Shown one piece after another: positions 58,650 to 64,000 of a stretch of 64,000 nucleotides of DNA. Below the pieces are notes generated by a model, which saw only the letters and a program-made list of their open reading frames with translations, had not been told where the DNA came from and did no database searches. The position numbers and the translations under genes were made by a program. Source of the stretch: Geosiphon pyriformis uo1 (Eukaryota; Fungi; Glomeromycota). The stretch lies in the NCBI GenBank assembly GCA_016748015.1, contig JAAOMT010000439.1, positions 62,001-126,000 of the forward strand. The letters run 5' to 3'. Numbering within the stretch: position 1 is the stretch's first letter; each line of letters begins with the position of its first letter.

Positions 58650-60280
58650 TAACAAATATTATTTGTATTTTTCAGTAAATATTTATTTGATATGTTTTAC
58701 AAAAGTTAACAATATAAAAATAAAAAAAATAAAAAAGAAAAGAAATAAGATCAAAAATATGAATAAGTTGAAATTGTTGTATTGATTTTGTAATTAAGAA
58801 AATAATTCTAGTTTAAAATAAATTTTTATAGCTTTAAAAAGTTTTGTTTATATATATTATTAAAAAGAAATTAATAATTAAATTAGTAATTACATTAATA
58901 ATTCAGTTAATCAATAATTAAGTTAATAATTAAATCAATAATATTAACAACTTATTTTAAAAATAAGATGATTAATATATATATATTTAAATATAATTGA
59001 TTAATTAATATAACTAAAAACTAAAAGTTTTAATTATAACAATATTAATAATAAAAACAAACAAACAAACAAATAAATAAATAAATAAATAAATTTTTTT
59101 GTTGTTATTATTAAAATAAATTTCAAAACTTTAAAATCATTATTAAATAAAATAAATAATAAAATCTTTAAATACAATAAGATTTTTTAAAACAAACCAA
59201 AATTTTTAAAAATTAATATTATGTAAATAAACACCAAAAATTATATTATTCATTCAAATAAATTATTTATAATATTAAATAATTTGTTTTATTTGGCTTA
59301 ATATTATTTATAATTTTTTTTATTTTAATCTAATTTATAAGTTTTGATTTATTAATATAATAACTAATTTTTAATATTTATAAAATTTTATATATGTATT
59401 TATAAAAAAATAATAATCTGATTAAGTTTTAAAAACTTGTTTTACAAAATTTAAAAAATAATAACATATATTTAATAAAAATAAATTAAAATACCAATTA
59501 ATTTAATAAATTTAATTACATTATAATAATTTAATTTTATGTTAAATAAATAAAATAAATAACAACAAAAATAAAAAAAAAGTTTGGTAATATTAATTGT
59601 AAACAAAATTAATGGTTTTTTTTAAAATTTAAAAATATGATAAAAATTATTAGAAAATTTAAACTTAATAAAATTATTTTAAATTTAACATATTTTAATT
59701 TAATAAAAACAAAAATTTATATAAAAAAATAATTATATTTAAAAATAATACAATTAAATTAATTAAGTATATAAAAGCTTTGTAATTATATAAATTTTAT
59801 TATTTCATAATTTAAAATATATAATCAATCTTAAATATTTTATATTTAATAAATAATTAATAAAACAAAATATTAAAAATTAACTTTTTTATTTTCTTAA
59901 ACAACAAATTATTTATTATTTTATATTTAGTTATTATTTATTATATTATCTATTTATCTTTTATTTATTTATTTTTATATTGTATTAATAATTTTATATT
60001 CAAAAAACTATGTTTATTAATAATAAATATTTAAATAGTATTATTTTTTTAATATTAAAAATTATATAAAATATTAAAATACTTAAGTATAAAATTATAA
60101 TAGAATTTGTTAAAAATAAAAACATGTAAAATATTTATCAAAAAAATTTGATTTTATAATTTAAAAATAAATTAATAATTGTTAAATTTAATATAATTTA
60201 TTTTTTTAATATGATTTATTATAACTAACTTATTATAAATTAAACTTTGTACCAAATTCCTAAAAAAAAGTTAAAAGTTT
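58650..60280. other. Ultra-AT-rich block preceding the third LINE
   Basis: G/C almost absent; grades into recognisable LINE ORF1. Confidence 0.85.
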
Positions 60281-60281
60281 T

Positions 60282-63200
60282 TTGAAAGAAGTTTTTACAA
60301 TTCAATATGATAAATCAAAACTATTTTTGCTTGACTACAGAACTATTGTTGGTCCCAGTGTAGCTACAATAAAAAAGTTTGTCAAAGACTTTTGTGCTGA
60401 TATTGTTAGCAAAGATGTTGTCTTTAGAAAAAAGAGAAAAAAAGGAATTTTAAAAAATGGTGCAGTTTATAGAATAGTTTTATCTGATAAAGCAGTTGGT
60501 GACTTTTGGAAGTCTAAAACTGGTAATATTACTGAATCTGACAGTATAGATATGAAAAAGAAGTTCTTAATTAAGAAAACAAGTGTAAATTATAGAGAAA
60601 AAGATTTTCTAGAAGGTAAAAATAAAAATCAAATACCAAAGAATCTTAGACTAATTACTAAGCAAGCTTTAAGCAAGTCTTTGGACAAAATCAACTTTCT
60701 GGACAATGATAATGATGATGACATTCTCTTGGATAATCCTGTGGTTTTTTCTCTCCCTTTGAAGAACTTGATCAATGTTTTTGTTAGAAAATTTTTTGCT
60801 CTGGATATCAGTTTAAACAATTTTGTTAGAAAATCTGCTTAGGAAAAGCTTGTGATAGTCAGAAAGTTATTTTCAAAAATCAATGGTTTTGGGGGACCTC
60901 TATTTTCTCAAAATTTGCTGAAATCATCAAAGTATTATTTATTTCTAAAATAAACTTGGCACAAACTTCCAAAAAGGCTAAGGATGTGAAAATTCTGGTA
61001 AACACCAATCTCAAAAAATTTTCTGAGCACTTAGATTGGGCTGTGATGGTAAAAAAAATTCCAGTTAGAACATCAGTTAAAACTGTGCATGCTGCGCTAT
61101 CCAAGTTTGGTATGATTAAGTCAATCAAGATACAGTTGGTAAAATTATGGCAAAAAGCTGTGATTGAGTTTAACCAGTCAGACCAGGCTGATTTGGTCGC
61201 AGCTAGATAGTCTATCCTAATTGGAAAAGATATATTACATATGGCTAAATCAGATTTAGACAAGAAGACATAGAACATAAAAAATTACCATAAGGTGCTG
61301 CTTTATACTTTGCCAATGGGAATGAATACTCACAATATTTGGAATTTTATTGGTTCTGTGGGTAGAAAAACATATGTGATTGATCATTATCCTGTTATAT
61401 ATGCTCGGACCAGATGTGCTGTTGTTTGTTTTGAATTAGCCAAATCCTTGGATGCTATCATGGACACTATTCCAGTTTTGAGATACATAAATCTGCATTG
61501 GTTTCATTTGGGTTTTTTTAAATGTGCTAAGTGTGGAAAAATGGGTCATATGTCATTGAACTGTTTTATGGATGAGAACTTCTCCTTTGGAAGATCTTTT
61601 CATAAAGCACTTTCAGACATGAATAAAAGCAGACTAGCTACTATTTACACCAAGTATTTGGCTCTTGTTGTTTGTTCTGTTGCTTTTGGTAAAGTTTCTT
61701 GGACAAAAATAGCTGATAGATCTTCATTTTTTCCTCTCTCTGTGTGAAATAGTTTAGTCAACTTTGGCTCTTTTTTGAAGATGAAGCCTACTCTTCCTAA
61801 TACAAAAGACATTGAAAAAAAGTTTGATGTTTTGAAGAGCAGTCTTGTTAGTCTTGTAAAACAAATTAGTGAGTTGGCTAAGAGGTTGGAATCATTTATG
61901 TTGGTAGTTTCTCAGCCTAGCTCTAGATGTCAGCTGCTAGTAATCCCCCCATCACAGAATCAGATGGGTAATATAGTGATAAAAGAGAGTTCAGGTGAGA
62001 CCACAGGTGGTAAGACTGCTGTAAATTTGGACTTTTCTGTCTCTTCTAAGGTAAAAAGACTAAAAAACATGCTGGAAAAACTTTCTGCCTTGGTTCTGAG
62101 TCTGATAGCAAGATTTGATGGTTCAATCTTGGCTGGTAGTGCATTTCTCAAACCCCCTTCTTAATAACCAGTCTAGTTTAGAAAATTTCTATGTGTAATA
62201 TTAAAGATATAAACAATCCTGCTAAGCAAGAAAATATTATGCATTAACATAAAAACATGAACAATCTGATTTTAATTTTTACAGAAACAAAGCTGAAAGA
62301 GAAGATTTGTCTATGGATTGTTAACAAATTTGATGATGTCTGTGTGTTTACTTCTGGTTTGAACTCTGGTTATTTGGGTGCAGGTATTGCTCTAGTTATA
62401 GACAATTCTCTGGCAAAATACATATGTAAGATCTTTGAGATGCCTGGTTAGCTCATTTCTATCAAGTTGTTTTTTAAAAATAAGCTTTTTTTTTCAATTT
62501 TGGAGATCTATGCTGGTGCTTCTTTGGTAGTTTAGTTCTTTCAAGCTGGTAAAATTAATTTTATGATTACTAAAACCATGAATGAGTTCTCTTTTGTTAT
62601 TTTGGGTGGTAACTTCAATGAGAATGGTTTCCATAAATGCACCAGTTTCAAAAAATGTCTAGATCTTGGTTTAGTTAATTCCTTGAATAGAAGTTCTTAT
62701 GTAAAAATACCAACTTTGATTAACTCTTAGGGTGTGGCTAAGACAATTATTTCTTGTTTATTTTTTCAAACTTGGTTAATGCTGTGGTGGATCACAATAT
62801 ATTTAATGTTGGGAAATTTTTTGATATTGATTATTAGGCTGTTTTCATGTTAATAGATTTGAGTGAATTGCTTAATGTGTAGCTGAACTCCTTTTACAAG
62901 CAAGTGAATAGGGATTATTGGAAATTTGATTACAGAGATGTGAAAAATGTCAGATGGGCTAAGTTCAAAAAGGATACAGTAACAAATGCTGTTATGTTTT
63001 ATGATGAGTTTTTTGCATCTGAGAAGCACTTAGACTTGGATGTGATGTGAAATACTCTTTGCAGAGTGTTATGTCTATCAGCTAATATGGTTTTTAAGAG
63101 GAAATAGTCCAAGATCTATAACAGTGTTTTTACAAAGAGGTTGTTTAGGTTTTACAAGCTGGAGTTTTTGGTGTCTAAAGTTGTTAAAGTCTCTTGTCTG

Positions 63201-64000
63201 GTTTTTAGTAAAGAGTTTGCATCTTTGCTTGATAAATAGCACGTTTTGAATGCAGTCAATGTCTCTATAGTGAAGTTTCTTTTTCTTTTGGGTTCTCATT
63301 TTGACACTATTTGTTTAGTTTTGGCTAAGATTAGAAAGTCTTATCATTTTTCCAAAATGTCAAAATCGGAGCATACTAGAGATTCTCAAATCAGATTGGC
63401 AATTGATGAAAGGATAGAAAGTTTTGAGTTGAATAAGAGTTATACTATCAAGAGTGTATTGGAGTGTTCTTTTTGCAAGATTACTCTGGATCACCTGGTT
63501 GCCAATAACAAATTGGTTTTGGATTCTGACTTGGTTAAAACCAAGGTGAATATAATTATGGAGGCATAGACTAAGAAGCATATGATGGTAACTAATATTT
63601 CTAACAATTAGTGTCATCAATATTAACTTTTGGAATATGTTTTTGATGATGCTTTCTTTAGTATAATGTGTTTGATTGGTTTCAATGAGATGTTTGATGT
63701 GATTTTGAATTTGTCTAATGAGAAAGTGGCTGATCTCTCTAGCATCTCAAATAAATTTTGGAAACATTGTAACAAGTCAGTTTTGAATATGCTTTTGGTG
63801 CTCCTAAATTTTTGTTTGTGTAATGAGTTTGTTTTCAAGTCTTGGAAGAAGGCTTGAGTGTCAATGATTCCCAAACTATATGAATAAGAAAAAGTTCTTA
63901 TGAATACCTATCTAATTGTTTTGATTGAAACAGCTTATAAGATTCTTTCCAAAATTCTTTTAGACAGAATTTCTTCAGCATACAGTGTTTTTGATGTTCT
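60282..64000 (+). mobile_element. Heavily decayed LINE (ORF1, APE, start of RT), truncated by the window end
   Basis: KFFALDI, SKFGMIKSIKIQLVKLWQKAVIEF, CAKCGKMGHMSLNC, FTETKL, FTSGLNSGYLGAG and LIETAYKILSKIL match the 22986-29895 LINE. Confidence 0.92.

Overview
Eukaryotic, intron-rich fungal DNA. Gene sequences and repeat families suggest Mucoromycota/Glomeromycotina, possibly Geosiphon-like (inference, not verified). Positions 1-30 kb are a nested retroelement pile: three decayed Ty3/Gypsy (Metaviridae) elements, two further LTRs, a 3' LINE fragment and a nearly intact RNase H-bearing LINE. One Gypsy element is near full length, with a single ~2,750-codon frame containing Cys-rich inserts, a dUTPase and an extra 3' domain. 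Positions 31-58 kb are a gene island: importin beta-1 (KAP95, ~23 exons), ribosomal protein eS1 (RPS1) head-to-head with an intronless Lunapark (LNP1), and a large protein with an atypical Cys3His GATA-type finger plus a PHD finger. A ~9 kb microsatellite-rich intergenic region follows, then a 6-exon gene missed by the ORF track that encodes a D-2-hydroxyacid-dehydrogenase substrate-binding domain with the NAD-binding domain absent. A third, heavily decayed LINE runs off the right end. Repeats show strongly transition-biased C:G>T:A decay with almost no indels and abut blocks of nearly pure A/T. There are four assembly gaps. All alignments and splice models were made by eye.
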